Shown: in pieces, positions 51,275 through 61,628 of the stretch
How the letters are laid out: each line of letters starts with the position of its first letter
Numbering within the stretch: position 1 is the stretch's first letter
NCBI GenBank assembly: GCA_040389125.1
Contig: JAZKAN010000001.1
Span: forward strand, 111,398-175,397
Length of the DNA stretch: 64,000 nucleotides
Direction of reading: 5' to 3'
Origin: Patescibacteria group bacterium
Lineage (GTDB): Bacteria; Patescibacteriota; Minisyncoccia; Phycocordibacterales; DATDWN01
Program-made: the position numbers and the translations under genes
The notes under the pieces: model-generated
Database searches by the model: none
Seen by the model: the letters and a program-made list of their open reading frames with translations, nothing else
Told to the model about the DNA's origin: nothing

Positions 51275-52372
51275 TTATTTTATTAGTGTAATCAATCCAT
51301 TCTTGACCACAAACATCTTCGGTATTGTTTTTGAAGTTCCATTTGCATCAAACTTTATACTCCCTGAAGCACCATTGTAGGTATCCATACTGTACAAGCC
51401 AGTTGTGATGTTTTTATCTGGAAAATCTATATATGCTTTATAGAGTATATGCACTGCATCATATCCCCATGCTCCATAAAGAATTTTCTTTGGATCTTCG
51501 CCAAATTTCTTTTTGTACAAATCTGCAAAATGAGAAGTCTCTGGAACTTCTGGATCAGCAGTCTGGGATCCATATACACCCTCAAACAACCCAGGATTTT
51601 CTGTGATTTGAGTGTTGTCCAAAAGATCAGAGGTAATTATTATTCCTTTGTATCCTAGATCTTTGAGTTGTTTGACCCCTTTAAGAAAATCTTCAGTGGT
51701 CATATACACTACATCTGGATTTGTTGCGATTATTTTAGACAATTCAGTTCGATAATCCGTAGCACCGGGGGTAGAAAATTCGCTATCAGTAATAGTACCC
51801 CCGATAGAAACAAACTTGTTTTTGAATGCTTCAGATACTGCCTGAGACCACTCTTGTACATATCCAAAAATCGCTGCTTTTTTCCAACCCTTGCTATATA
51901 CAAATTCAGCTGTAACTTCTCCAGAAGATGGTGTCCATGGGCCAAGTGCAAACACTTTGTCACCCATCGCTTCAAGTTGCGGGTTAGAATCCCACAATAC
52001 CAATTCAGGAATATTTTTTTGATCTGTAATCTGATAAGTAGCAGCTGCTTCACTATATGCAGAGACAAACAGTGCTTGGATGTTATTGGAATAAACTAAT
52101 TTAGTCACGGCATCTACAGCTTTTTTTGGATCGAGTGCAGTGTCTTCAAATACAACTTGGACTACTTGCCCATTCTGATTCAGTTCATCTTGTGCAACTT
52201 CTGCACCACGTTTAAACTCATCTCCAAAGGAAGCGACAGCGCCTGTGAGTGGTAAGGCAGCACCAATTTTCAATAGTTGTCCATTAGTTGGATTACTATT
52301 TTTATCGTGAAATAGAAAACCCCCGATCAAAATAATTGCAACGAATATTATTATCCAAATTGTCTTTTTCAT
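51275..52372 (-). CDS. Liv-type substrate-binding protein 3
   Basis: IGAALPLTGAVASFGDEFKRGAEVAQDELN. Confidence 0.88.
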   Translation of the reverse strand: MKKTIWIIIFVAIILIGGFLFHDKNSNPTNGQLLKIGAALPLTGAVASFGDEFKRGAEVAQDELNQNGQVVQVVFEDTALDPKKAVDAVTKLVYSNNIQALFVSAYSEAAATYQITDQKNIPELVLWDSNPQLEAMGDKVFALGPWTPSSGEVTAEFVYSKGWKKAAIFGYVQEWSQAVSEAFKNKFVSIGGTITDSEFSTPGATDYRTELSKIIATNPDVVYMTTEDFLKGVKQLKDLGYKGIIITSDLLDNTQITENPGLFEGVYGSQTADPEVPETSHFADLYKKKFGEDPKKILYGAWGYDAVHILYKAYIDFPDKNITTGLYSMDTYNGASGSIKFDANGTSKTIPKMFVVKNGLITLIK

Positions 52373-52383
52373 GTTTATTTTAA

Positions 52384-53502
52384 TTATTGAATCACTCCGT
52401 TTACAACAGTTCTTACCTGATATTGTTTGTTTTGTGTTACCACCCCACCGATTGAATCAAAAGTAATCTTTCCTAGAGAAACTGTATTGAAAGAATGTGA
52501 TTTCATATATCCTACAGGATCCTGTCCTCCATTTTTCAAGACATCAGCAAGTATCATTACTGAATCGTAGGCTGTTGATGCAGATAATACTGGATCAGTA
52601 GAATAAGCAGCTTTATATTTACTTACAAAATCTGCTGAACCTGGAGTATTTTCAACAAATACAGTTCCCTCAAGATATGATTTATAGTTATTGGTACTTT
52701 CTATAAGTTGTCTTACAAAATCATTTGAAAAAAGAGAAATTGTTGATGCTATTTGCATATGATCCTTGAGAAAACCTGCGACCATTTGTTCGTCATACAT
52801 TCCAAAAACAACTCCATTCACTCCACTTGCTTTCATTTTTGCAAAAATAGTTTTGAAATCAGATGTACCAGGATTGATTAAATCTTGAGAAACAATTGTG
52901 ATACCCTGAGCCTTTGCAGCCTTTTTATAAAAATCTATAAATTCTGTGTAGTATGGATCATTCTGAAAGACCAGGGCAACTTTTGTCTCTTCTTTTTCTT
53001 TCATTGTCTGCGCTAGCCCATCTGTCAGTGCGTCTACACGATACCAAACAGAAAATACATTAGGGGTTACACTTCCTTGCTGAACAGCGGTTATACTGGC
53101 AGATGGACTAATGAGTAGCACATCTTTGTCTTTTACAACCCCCTGGGCTCCTGGATAACTATCGAGCCATGTTGGACCAATTATGTATTTCAATCCATCA
53201 AAACTAACTAATTTTTGCACAGCAGAAATTGAATCTTTCGCTGTGCTTTTTATATCTTCAAAGCTTATCTGAATTGTTTTACCATTAATTCCACCTGAAG
53301 AATTGATTTCATTTACAGCGAGATTTATTCCATTCTTCTCTGCTTCACCCCATGTTGAAGCATCTCCAGTAAGAGCAAGAGCGGCACCGACTTTGATAGG
53401 AGTGTTGTCAGTTATTACTGGTTTTTTTGATTTGGACATCCAAATCCCTAGAATCAGAATGACGACTACTGCTACGATTATCCAGATTGTTTTATTATTC
53501 AT
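52384..53502 (-). CDS. Liv-type substrate-binding protein 4
   Basis: VGAALALTGDASTWGEAEKNGINLAVNEINSSGGINGKTIQ. Confidence 0.88.
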   Translation of the reverse strand: MNNKTIWIIVAVVVILILGIWMSKSKKPVITDNTPIKVGAALALTGDASTWGEAEKNGINLAVNEINSSGGINGKTIQISFEDIKSTAKDSISAVQKLVSFDGLKYIIGPTWLDSYPGAQGVVKDKDVLLISPSASITAVQQGSVTPNVFSVWYRVDALTDGLAQTMKEKEETKVALVFQNDPYYTEFIDFYKKAAKAQGITIVSQDLINPGTSDFKTIFAKMKASGVNGVVFGMYDEQMVAGFLKDHMQIASTISLFSNDFVRQLIESTNNYKSYLEGTVFVENTPGSADFVSKYKAAYSTDPVLSASTAYDSVMILADVLKNGGQDPVGYMKSHSFNTVSLGKITFDSIGGVVTQNKQYQVRTVVNGVIQ

Positions 53503-53505
53503 ATT

Positions 53506-54372
53506 TTATAATTTATATTCCCCCATTAATCCTTCCGGTCTATATAGCATTAATAATACTAGAATTAGTCCATAAGTCACCTGTCTCATCTGAGCAGCTA
53601 TATCCGATGGAAATCCGACGAAGCGGAGTGCCTCAGGTAAAATGACGAGACAAACCGCACCAAGGACAGCACCTTTATTATTCGCTAATCCACCAAGAAT
53701 GATGATTGCCAAAATAAAAATGGATTCGGACAGAGCAAAGCTGGTTGGATCGACATATGTAATGTACGAAGCAAAGAGAGCTCCTGCAATAGAGGCAATC
53801 ATCGCTCCAATGACAAAAATTGTTAGTTTAAAATAGAGTGTATTATATCCGAACACTTGAATCGCCTTCTCATCCTCTCGAATCGCTTTGAGCACTCGAC
53901 CAAATGAGGATCGTGTAATAAATTGAGCGAGAAAATATACTACTACCGCGAGAATGATGACAAGAATGAGAAAAATAAAATTATTGCCAAAATCGAGTCC
54001 AAATAGAACTGGTTTTGAAATACCTGGAATACCAAGTGGACCGCGTGTCAAAGACTGCCAGTTGAGGAAAATGCTGTAGACAATAATATTAAATCCAAAC
54101 GAACCAAGTGCAAAATAATCTCCATCAAATTTTGAAAGCACGTAGCCGATCGCCAAACTACAGAGACCAGTGATAATCATTCCCGCTATAATCGAGAAAA
54201 AGAAATTCACACCAAACGAGGTGAGTAAGATTGCAGTCACATATGCACCTATACCATAAAATGCTGCTTGGGTGACAGAAAGGAGTCCAGTGTATCCCAC
54301 GATCAAATTGAGTGACACAGCAAGTATCGAGTAGATTCCAATCAGTATTGCGATGTGTACAAAATAGTCCAT
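53506..54372 (-). CDS. livM: Branched-chain amino acid ABC transporter permease LivM
   Basis: LNLIVGYTGLLSVTQAAFYGIGAY pattern, with 8-9 TM segments. Confidence 0.9.
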   Translation of the reverse strand: MDYFVHIAILIGIYSILAVSLNLIVGYTGLLSVTQAAFYGIGAYVTAILLTSFGVNFFFSIIAGMIITGLCSLAIGYVLSKFDGDYFALGSFGFNIIVYSIFLNWQSLTRGPLGIPGISKPVLFGLDFGNNFIFLILVIILAVVVYFLAQFITRSSFGRVLKAIREDEKAIQVFGYNTLYFKLTIFVIGAMIASIAGALFASYITYVDPTSFALSESIFILAIIILGGLANNKGAVLGAVCLVILPEALRFVGFPSDIAAQMRQVTYGLILVLLMLYRPEGLMGEYKL

Positions 54373-54376
54373 ATTC

Positions 54377-55246
54377 TTATTTTTTCTTACCTAAAATTCC
54401 ATTCGGCCTGAATAAAAGAAAAATGATGAGTACTCCAAAAGATATTGCATCTTTCCACTCGCCAGAAATTTTCCATATTCCAAAGTTTTCCACAAAACCC
54501 AGGAGAAATGCTCCGAGTACTCCTCCATAGATGTTACCAACACCACCTATAATGCACGCAATGACACCTTTCAGGAGTAGCGAAAATCCCATCGTCGGTT
54601 GAATCCCTGTATCAAAACCAACAAGAATACCAGCAAGTCCCGCAATAGCAGAACCAATAAAAAATACTTTGCTGATTATTTTATCTGTATCGATACCAAC
54701 TATTTTCGAAACTTCTGGATCATCTGAAACTGCTTTAATTGCTTTACCAAATTTTGTAAATCGGAGTACTGCAACAAGCGCAAACATAATCAAAATACTT
54801 AACACAAGAGCGATAATCTGAACTCCAGTAATGACCCCTCCAAGCATTTGATATGTTGATGAATTAATTGATACAGGAAATACCTGGAACTGACTCGAAA
54901 ATAAAATAGCAATAATAGCTTGGATTGTAGTCATCACACCAAGTGCAGCAACAATAAAAACCATACTCGATGCTTTTCTGGTACGTAACTTTTTATACAC
55001 TATTTTTTCTACCAGGAATCCAACGAGTCCCGCAATGAGAATTCCGAGGAGAATGGCAACATAAATGTTGAATCCGAGTGTGCGGGAAAAATAGAATACA
55101 GCATATCCTCCAACTGTTGTGAGTACTCCATATCCGAGATCAAAAAACTTTGCAGTACCGTAAATGAGATTGAAACCAAGTGCAACCATCGAATAAATAG
55201 CTCCTGCAATAATGCTATTCACTATGAGCTGTGGAATGATGTCCAT
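54377..55246 (-). CDS. livH: Branched-chain amino acid ABC transporter permease LivH
   Basis: IAGAIYSMVALGFNLIYGTAKFFDLGYG. Confidence 0.9.
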   Translation of the reverse strand: MDIIPQLIVNSIIAGAIYSMVALGFNLIYGTAKFFDLGYGVLTTVGGYAVFYFSRTLGFNIYVAILLGILIAGLVGFLVEKIVYKKLRTRKASSMVFIVAALGVMTTIQAIIAILFSSQFQVFPVSINSSTYQMLGGVITGVQIIALVLSILIMFALVAVLRFTKFGKAIKAVSDDPEVSKIVGIDTDKIISKVFFIGSAIAGLAGILVGFDTGIQPTMGFSLLLKGVIACIIGGVGNIYGGVLGAFLLGFVENFGIWKISGEWKDAISFGVLIIFLLFRPNGILGKKK

Positions 55247-55285
55247 TGCTATATTTATACCAAATTCTCAGTGTTTTCACAATAT

Positions 55286-55310
55286 AAAAACTCGCACTAA
55301 GCGAGTTTTT
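55286..55310 (-). terminator. Bidirectional-type intrinsic terminator after binding protein 5
   Basis: aaaaactcgc-actaa-gcgagttttt. Confidence 0.75.
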
Positions 55311-55337
55311 ATATTCTTTTATTAAGGGAGATTTTTT

Positions 55338-56468
55338 CTATTTAACAAGCTCGGCTTTTCCTGCTTTTATTACTTTTACAGAATAGTTTGCTCCAACAAG
55401 GTCACCGTTTGCATCAAATTTGATTTCCTTTGATGAAACCCCTTTAGTGTAGACTGTTTTGTATAATTCGTTTTTTATTGCTTCTGAATTAGATCCTACT
55501 TTTTGCATTACTTCAGCAAGAATATTCATTCCATCGTAAGCTGTCGGACTACATACAGCAAACTCATCCGAACCAACTTTTTCTTTCATCTTTACTTTAA
55601 ATGCCTCATTTGCATCAGTTGCTCCAACTGTATACATTGCATTTTCTCCAGCAGATCCAACTGTTGACCAAATTTTTCCATCATCCCAGGCATCTCCTCC
55701 AAAGAATGGAATTGTAATTCCTAAAGCTTTAGCCTGAGTAAGTGCGGGAATCGATGCTTCCGTATATCCAAGGAAGTAAATCAGTTCTGGTTTATCTGAT
55801 TTTATTTTTGATAATTGACTACGAAGGTCACGGGATGTCTGATCATATCCCTCCTCATCAAGAACAATTCCTCCTAATTTTTTATAATTATCTATAAACA
55901 CATCTTTAATGCCATTTCCCCAATCTGATTTTACATACATTACAGCCACACTTTTCTTACCTAGGTTGTTGTAAATATAATCAGCTGCAAATTTTCCCTG
56001 AAATGCATCGGATGGATAATTTCTAAAGATATAATCTCCTGCATTCGTTAGGGCTGGAACAGATGAACAGTATGATAGTACAGTTGTCTTTGATTGCTCA
56101 GCCAAAGATGTAAAAGCCGAAGTCTCTCCTGAACATGCGCCACCCAGTATCGCTGAAATTTTATCAATATTGATAAGCTTATTTGCAGCATCAGATGCAT
56201 CTTTTCCATTACATTTTCCATCTTCAAAAATAACTTCGAGTGGACGGCCTTTTATTCCACCAGCGTCATTAATCTCTTTGACCGCTATTTGAACAGCAGC
56301 TTGTGCATTTTGGCCAATATTTGCAGCATCACCCGTCAAAGGACCAATAAATCCAATCTTTATCGGACCAGTCTCCTTTGATCCACCGCGAGAGGCAAAA
56401 ATGACGATTACAATGAGTACAATAACACCTATTACCCACCATTTTCCATTATTATTAGTTTGTTCCAT
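55338..56468 (-). CDS. Liv-type substrate-binding protein 5
   Basis: IGFIGPLTGDAANIGQNAQAAVQIAVKEINDAGGIKGRPLE. Confidence 0.88.
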   Translation of the reverse strand: MEQTNNNGKWWVIGVIVLIVIVIFASRGGSKETGPIKIGFIGPLTGDAANIGQNAQAAVQIAVKEINDAGGIKGRPLEVIFEDGKCNGKDASDAANKLINIDKISAILGGACSGETSAFTSLAEQSKTTVLSYCSSVPALTNAGDYIFRNYPSDAFQGKFAADYIYNNLGKKSVAVMYVKSDWGNGIKDVFIDNYKKLGGIVLDEEGYDQTSRDLRSQLSKIKSDKPELIYFLGYTEASIPALTQAKALGITIPFFGGDAWDDGKIWSTVGSAGENAMYTVGATDANEAFKVKMKEKVGSDEFAVCSPTAYDGMNILAEVMQKVGSNSEAIKNELYKTVYTKGVSSKEIKFDANGDLVGANYSVKVIKAGKAELVK

Positions 56469-56546
56469 TTAATATTTAGATATCTGATAAATTTGAGCTT
56501 CTATTTTAATTATGTCAGGAGAAATATAATTTGCAACTTATTGATT

Positions 56547-57647
56547 TTAGTACTCAGCTTTAACATACTGCTGATTCTTTGCCATCTGGAGTTCAAGCTG
56601 ATACACGATTGTTCTATCATCTAGGTAATGAAAGTTTCCGATCGCAGGATTTGAATATTTATATGAAATTACTGAAGTTTTCACATCTTTACCAGGGTTT
56701 GCCTGCATAGCTTTAACAACATCTCGTGTCATGTCATATCCCATAGCTGCCACGACGTCTGGGTCTGTATTGAATCTGGCCTTGTACTCCGTAGTAAAAT
56801 CCGCAGAAAACTGACTTGGAGCAATACCTGGTGCAAATGTACCTTCACCAAACTCTCCGAACTGTTGCAAATTTCTATTATCAACGTCGACAAATGTAAT
56901 CGCTGTTCCCTTGAATCCAAGCTGTTTCATTTCCTTAACGATTTCAAGAGCGTCAGTAGGATTATCCATTGTTACAAACACCGCATCAGCTTTGCTTGCA
57001 ACAGCTTTTGTTGCAAATGTTCGGTAATCCTTGTTTCCTGTAGGAGCAAGATCGTTGTATACAACCGTGTACCCAGATGTAGCTGCTTTTTTAACCATTA
57101 CATCACGTGACTGCATTCCGAAATCACTATTTGCATCAATGAGTGCCATAGTTTTGATACCTTTCTTCTGAATCATAGGTACTGCAGTGTCTAGCTGAAT
57201 GTCTGCATTTGGGTAACCACAGAATACATTTGTGAGAGGTTTAAATGAGTCACTGCAAAATGAGAATGAAAATACATTTTTGCCAGCCTTGAGTGCGAGT
57301 GGAGCAACGGCGATTGTTTCGTCAGGAGAATATGTACCAATAATCACATCCACCTTATCAACATTGAGAAGTTTAGATGCAGCACTTACAGCATCCGTTG
57401 GTTTCGAGTGACTGTCTTCAACTACAAACTGTACACCGTCCTTTTCGAGCTCAGCCTGCGCCAACTGAAAACCTTGATGTAGTTTTTCTCCTGTTACTGA
57501 GAGATCTCCAGTAAGTGGCAGAATCACTCCGACTTTCAGACTGGATGCAGTGGTTGGTGTGGTTGGTGTTGTTTTAGAATGTTTAAAAATAAAAATCCCT
57601 CCGATTATCAGTACCACCAAAACAATCACTGTTATCGCTTTATTCAT
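56547..57647 (-). CDS. Liv-type substrate-binding protein 6
   Basis: VGVILPLTGDLSVTGEKLHQGFQLAQAEL. The track start 57683 is TTG; ATG at 57647 (MNKAITVIV) or 57656. Confidence 0.86.
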   Translation of the reverse strand: MNKAITVIVLVVLIIGGIFIFKHSKTTPTTPTTASSLKVGVILPLTGDLSVTGEKLHQGFQLAQAELEKDGVQFVVEDSHSKPTDAVSAASKLLNVDKVDVIIGTYSPDETIAVAPLALKAGKNVFSFSFCSDSFKPLTNVFCGYPNADIQLDTAVPMIQKKGIKTMALIDANSDFGMQSRDVMVKKAATSGYTVVYNDLAPTGNKDYRTFATKAVASKADAVFVTMDNPTDALEIVKEMKQLGFKGTAITFVDVDNRNLQQFGEFGEGTFAPGIAPSQFSADFTTEYKARFNTDPDVVAAMGYDMTRDVVKAMQANPGKDVKTSVISYKYSNPAIGNFHYLDDRTIVYQLELQMAKNQQYVKAEY

Positions 57648-57746
57648 ATGATACATATTTAATAATAATAAACCTATGTACAATCGTATCAGACTTACGA
57701 AATTGTCTCAACTTGTCCATACAAAATGAAAACTCAAGCCATTCAA

Positions 57747-58229
57747 TTACAAATTCGTGGAATTATCATCCGCGGAAGGGCCGTAGATGGACGGCACGAG
57801 ACCTCCTGCCATACGAATGTAAACAGAGAGTTGGCCACGATGGTGGATTTGGTCGCAGATCATCATAAATGCAAAATCGACACCAGTAAATGTTCTGCCC
57901 GCAAATGAAATTACCTTATTCAGTTCATCATCGCTCATCTTTTCCATTTTTTCTTTTATTGCGTTTGTTTCATTTTTGAAATCACTGATCGCTGCTTTTA
58001 CATTTGCGGGTTTATAATTTTTAAACTTTGCAGGATCCGCCTTTTCTCCAAACAGATACCCGTCCAAAAGATACATTTCAAACACAAACGTTGAGACGAG
58101 TTTCATTGCATCACTCGATCTTTCGTGGGGACGAAATGAATCCTGACCTTCTGGATATGCCTCGAGAACTTTTATGGTTGTGGCAAACTCTTTTTCCATT
58201 ATGGAAAGTAAATCTTGTTTTGTGATCAT
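57747..58229 (-). CDS. DinB-superfamily protein
   Basis: Four-helix DinB_2 pattern with the conserved HHRGQ (ICDQIHHRGQLSVYIR). Confidence 0.85.
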   Translation of the reverse strand: MITKQDLLSIMEKEFATTIKVLEAYPEGQDSFRPHERSSDAMKLVSTFVFEMYLLDGYLFGEKADPAKFKNYKPANVKAAISDFKNETNAIKEKMEKMSDDELNKVISFAGRTFTGVDFAFMMICDQIHHRGQLSVYIRMAGGLVPSIYGPSADDNSTNL

Positions 58230-58340
58230 ATATTTGTGTATTTAATGCAATTTTATTTTCTAATTATATCTTATTTTTTGATTAATGATTTGTTTACATC
58301 CCAAGTTTTTCATGGTAACTTAATCTTCAGAGGAGTAACA

Positions 58341-58676
58341 ATGAAAGTTTGTTTTCAAATCGTGGGATGTGTCATTTCCTGGGCATTTGCTTGTCTTCTT
58401 GGGTTTCTCGGATTTCAGCAAGCAGGCTGGATTGCCAGGAATACACTAGGAATCAGCTCGAGAACGGCGACTGATGTTATTGGGCAAGGAATCTGGCAAC
58501 ATCTCGGGTTGACAGTCTTTCTGGTTCTGGGAGCGTATGTTCTTTTCATATTTGGGAGGTTTCTCGCCTCCACACAAGAAGAACGTGACTCGAGGCGACA
58601 AGCAGCCGGAGAAAAATCAGCACGCGAACTCCGCGACTCAATTCCATTTCGTCGTCCGAGAATGCTCCAGCGGTAA
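58341..58676 (+). CDS. Hypothetical small membrane protein
   Basis: ATG at 58341 preceded by aggag. Two TM segments, then a basic tail. The track start 58215 is upstream and lacks an RBS. Confidence 0.55.
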   Translation: MKVCFQIVGCVISWAFACLLGFLGFQQAGWIARNTLGISSRTATDVIGQGIWQHLGLTVFLVLGAYVLFIFGRFLASTQEERDSRRQAAGEKSARELRDSIPFRRPRMLQR

Positions 58677-58770
58677 CAGCAGCACTTGCAATATTTTTCC
58701 TCGTCAAGGATTTTGGCTCGCACATGTTGCGGGCCTTTCGTTTATTTATTTTTTAAATTGTATCAACTAT

Positions 58771-59346
58771 CTAGTACAACCTCCTCCCGTACTTCACGAA
58801 TTTGTGTGACCACTTGACGCGGCGCTCTGGAGAAATGTGTTTCATTGGCCCAACTTTTTTGATATTTGTACTAAATCCAGCAAACCACAGTATGCCGTCC
58901 TTGATTTCGTTTGTATTGTCGCCAAAAATAAATCGTGCGAGAAGTGGATGCGAGTCAGATGTCACAAACACGCGAGCAGTTCTACCCTTCAGGAGCCTCT
59001 GCCATGAGTAGCCGCTCGGATTGAATTTAAATGCAAATCCAGGAATCCACATGCGGTCAAAAAGTCCCTTGAGTAGTGCAGGCATGGTAGACCACCACGA
59101 CGGATAAATAATTACGAGATGATCGCACCATCGCATATCCTCCTGTAATTTCTTCAAATCTGGTTCAAGTTCCTGTATGACTTTGTAGCCCTTGTGCAGT
59201 ATGGGGTCAAACACCATATCCCCGAGATTGACCCGCCTGACTTCATGTCCATTTTCACGAGCACCCGCCGCATAGCTATCGGCAAATTCACAACACATGC
59301 TTTCACTATCAGGATGACCGAGTAGCACGAGGACTTTTTTTGCCAT
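58771..59346 (-). CDS. Flavodoxin-like fold NAD(P)H oxidoreductase (quinone reductase-like)
   Basis: MAKKVLVLLGHPDSESMCCEFADSY...WWSTMPALLKGLFDR. The track start 59358 is TTG. Confidence 0.85.
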   Translation of the reverse strand: MAKKVLVLLGHPDSESMCCEFADSYAAGARENGHEVRRVNLGDMVFDPILHKGYKVIQELEPDLKKLQEDMRWCDHLVIIYPSWWSTMPALLKGLFDRMWIPGFAFKFNPSGYSWQRLLKGRTARVFVTSDSHPLLARFIFGDNTNEIKDGILWFAGFSTNIKKVGPMKHISPERRVKWSHKFVKYGRRLY

Positions 59347-59347
59347 G

Positions 59348-59575
59348 TTATTGTGCAAGGTTTTTTAATTCTGATTCATACCGTTTGACTACTTTCATTG
59401 TTGCATCCATCTGACTAGTGCCTTTTTTCATTTCCTCTTGCACTTCCCCACCAATTTTTTCAAACAACGCAGGATTTTTCTCGATCATGGTGAAAATTTT
59501 GTCCTGTTCAGCCTGTGGTACACCCTTCATCTGACTCGCGAGCATTTTTTTCATTAAAAAGTTTTTGATTGACAT
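59348..59575 (-). CDS. Hypothetical helical protein (75 aa)
   Basis: ATG ORF that ends 1 nt before the reductase start. Confidence 0.5.
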   Translation of the reverse strand: MSIKNFLMKKMLASQMKGVPQAEQDKIFTMIEKNPALFEKIGGEVQEEMKKGTSQMDATMKVVKRYESELKNLAQ

Positions 59576-59633
59576 GATGATGTAACTAAATATGTATGTG
59601 TACAGTATACTATGAACTTTCTCGGTTTCAAAG

Positions 59634-60443
59634 ATGTGCTACAATAAAAATATGAAATGGAAACTGCTCGTATGCATCATCTGTACTGTCGCTCTCGGAC
59701 TCGTATGCACGATACGTTACTATAATCTCGACTGGAGAGAACTCGCTGACCTTTCATTCTATGCCGATCTGGCCAACCCATCCGTACGTATTGTCAAAAT
59801 TCAAGAAGGGTTACGCAAGGAACAAATTGCTGATATTGTGGGAGACAAACTAGGTTGGGACGATGCAGAAAAAATAGAATTCATGTCTGCACGATTTGCA
59901 TTAAACCAGAAAAATCCCGAGGGGTACTTTTTCCCCAAAAGCTATATGCTCGGGATAAACTCCACGCCCGATAGTGTGAGTACAAAAATGTTCCATGAGT
60001 TTGAAAAGCAAGTTAACACAATCCCAAAATCAAAAACTACAAAAGTTGTGAACCAGGAAACAGCTCTCAAAATTGCATCCATCATTCAACGTGAAGCGGG
60101 CAAGGGTGATATGAAACTCATTTCTGGCATTATTTGGAATCGAATTTTCAAAGGAATGAAACTCCAAATGGATGCAACCCTCCAGTATGCAAAAGGTAAT
60201 GACGAGGACGGTTGGTGGCCACAAGTTGAATCAAGTGATAAAAAAATTGATTCGCCGTATAACACATATATGTATCCCTCTCTTCCACCCTCTCCTATTG
60301 CAAGTCCTGGTCTTGCGGCGATAGAGGCAGCATACAATCCACAGAAAACATCATGCCTGTTTTATCTTCATGATAAAAAAGGAGTAATACACTGTTCAGC
60401 AACATACGAAGGTCATTTGAAAAATATAGATACTTACTATTAA
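59634..60443 (+). CDS. mltG: Second MltG/YceG-like endolytic transglycosylase
   Basis: LQMDATLQYAKGN, DSPYNTYMYPSLPPSPIASPG, N-terminal TM anchor. Confidence 0.88.
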   Translation: MCYNKNMKWKLLVCIICTVALGLVCTIRYYNLDWRELADLSFYADLANPSVRIVKIQEGLRKEQIADIVGDKLGWDDAEKIEFMSARFALNQKNPEGYFFPKSYMLGINSTPDSVSTKMFHEFEKQVNTIPKSKTTKVVNQETALKIASIIQREAGKGDMKLISGIIWNRIFKGMKLQMDATLQYAKGNDEDGWWPQVESSDKKIDSPYNTYMYPSLPPSPIASPGLAAIEAAYNPQKTSCLFYLHDKKGVIHCSATYEGHLKNIDTYY

Positions 60444-60449
60444 TCTGAT

Positions 60450-61604
60450 TTATTTATTTTTCTTGATTGCACGTGCGACAGCTGGAGCAACTTTTTTATT
60501 AAACGGATTTGGTATTATACACTCTGCAGATAATTCTTTTTTGGATACAAGATTTGCTATTGCAACCGCAGCGGACACTTTCATTGTATCTGTAATCATT
60601 CTCACTCGTGCATCGAGTGCTCCACGAAATATCCCAGGAAACGCAAGCACGTTGTTTATTTGATTTGGATAATCCGATCTGCCCGTACCAAATACTTTTA
60701 TTTTTGTTTTCTTCATGTTCTCAAGACTAATCTCGGGATTTGGATTTGCCATTGCAAAAACAATCGGATCTGTGGCCATACCACCCACCCATTCTGGTTT
60801 CAAACTATCTGCAACAGATACTCCAATAAATACATCTGCGTCAACTAGTGCATCCCCGAGACTTCCCACAACTTTTTTCTTATTGCTTTTTATTGCGATC
60901 TCTTTTTTTAGGCTATTCAAATCCCCTCTTCCCGTTTCAATAATTCCACGACTGTCTACCATAATGAGATTTCCGGACGGAATTCCATACATACCGAGAA
61001 GATTGAATATTGCAATCCCTGCAGAGCCTGCGCCATTTATTACTACCTGGATTTTCTTGTGTTGCTTTTTTACAACTTTCAGTGCGTTGATAAGTGCGGC
61101 CAATACCACAATAGCTGTACCATGCTGGTCATCGTGCATGACCGGAATATCGAGTTCCTTTTTCAATCGTTCCTCTATTTCAAAACATCTCGGAGCTGAA
61201 ATGTCTTCTAGATTTATTCCACCAAATCCAACTGAAATATATTTTATCGTACGGATTATTTCCTCTGTGTCCTGAGTAGCAAGACATATTGGATACGCAT
61301 CAATCCCTGCAAACTCTTTGAATAATATCGCCTTACCTTCCATGACCGGCATCGCACCTTCGGGACCAATATTACCGAGACCGAGTACCGCCGATCCGTC
61401 GGTTATGACTGCAACTGAATTTGATTTGAGTGTGTACTCATACATTAGTTTCTTGTCTTTTGCGATTACCCTACTGACTTCTGCCACACCTGGAGTATAT
61501 GCCACGGACAAATCCGCCTTATTTTTTATTTTTACTTTTGAATTAATCTCTAACTTTCCTTTCAGTTTTTTATGCAACGCAAGCGATTTTGTAAAATATG
61601 ACAT
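60450..61604 (-). CDS. NAD(P)-dependent malic enzyme (short form, no PTA domain)
   Basis: DLSVAYTPGVAEVSR, GFGGINLEDISAPRCFEIE, VINGAGSAGIAI. Confidence 0.92.
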   Translation of the reverse strand: MSYFTKSLALHKKLKGKLEINSKVKIKNKADLSVAYTPGVAEVSRVIAKDKKLMYEYTLKSNSVAVITDGSAVLGLGNIGPEGAMPVMEGKAILFKEFAGIDAYPICLATQDTEEIIRTIKYISVGFGGINLEDISAPRCFEIEERLKKELDIPVMHDDQHGTAIVVLAALINALKVVKKQHKKIQVVINGAGSAGIAIFNLLGMYGIPSGNLIMVDSRGIIETGRGDLNSLKKEIAIKSNKKKVVGSLGDALVDADVFIGVSVADSLKPEWVGGMATDPIVFAMANPNPEISLENMKKTKIKVFGTGRSDYPNQINNVLAFPGIFRGALDARVRMITDTMKVSAAVAIANLVSKKELSAECIIPNPFNKKVAPAVARAIKKNK

Positions 61605-61628
61605 ACGCGTATTATACCAGATTTGAAT

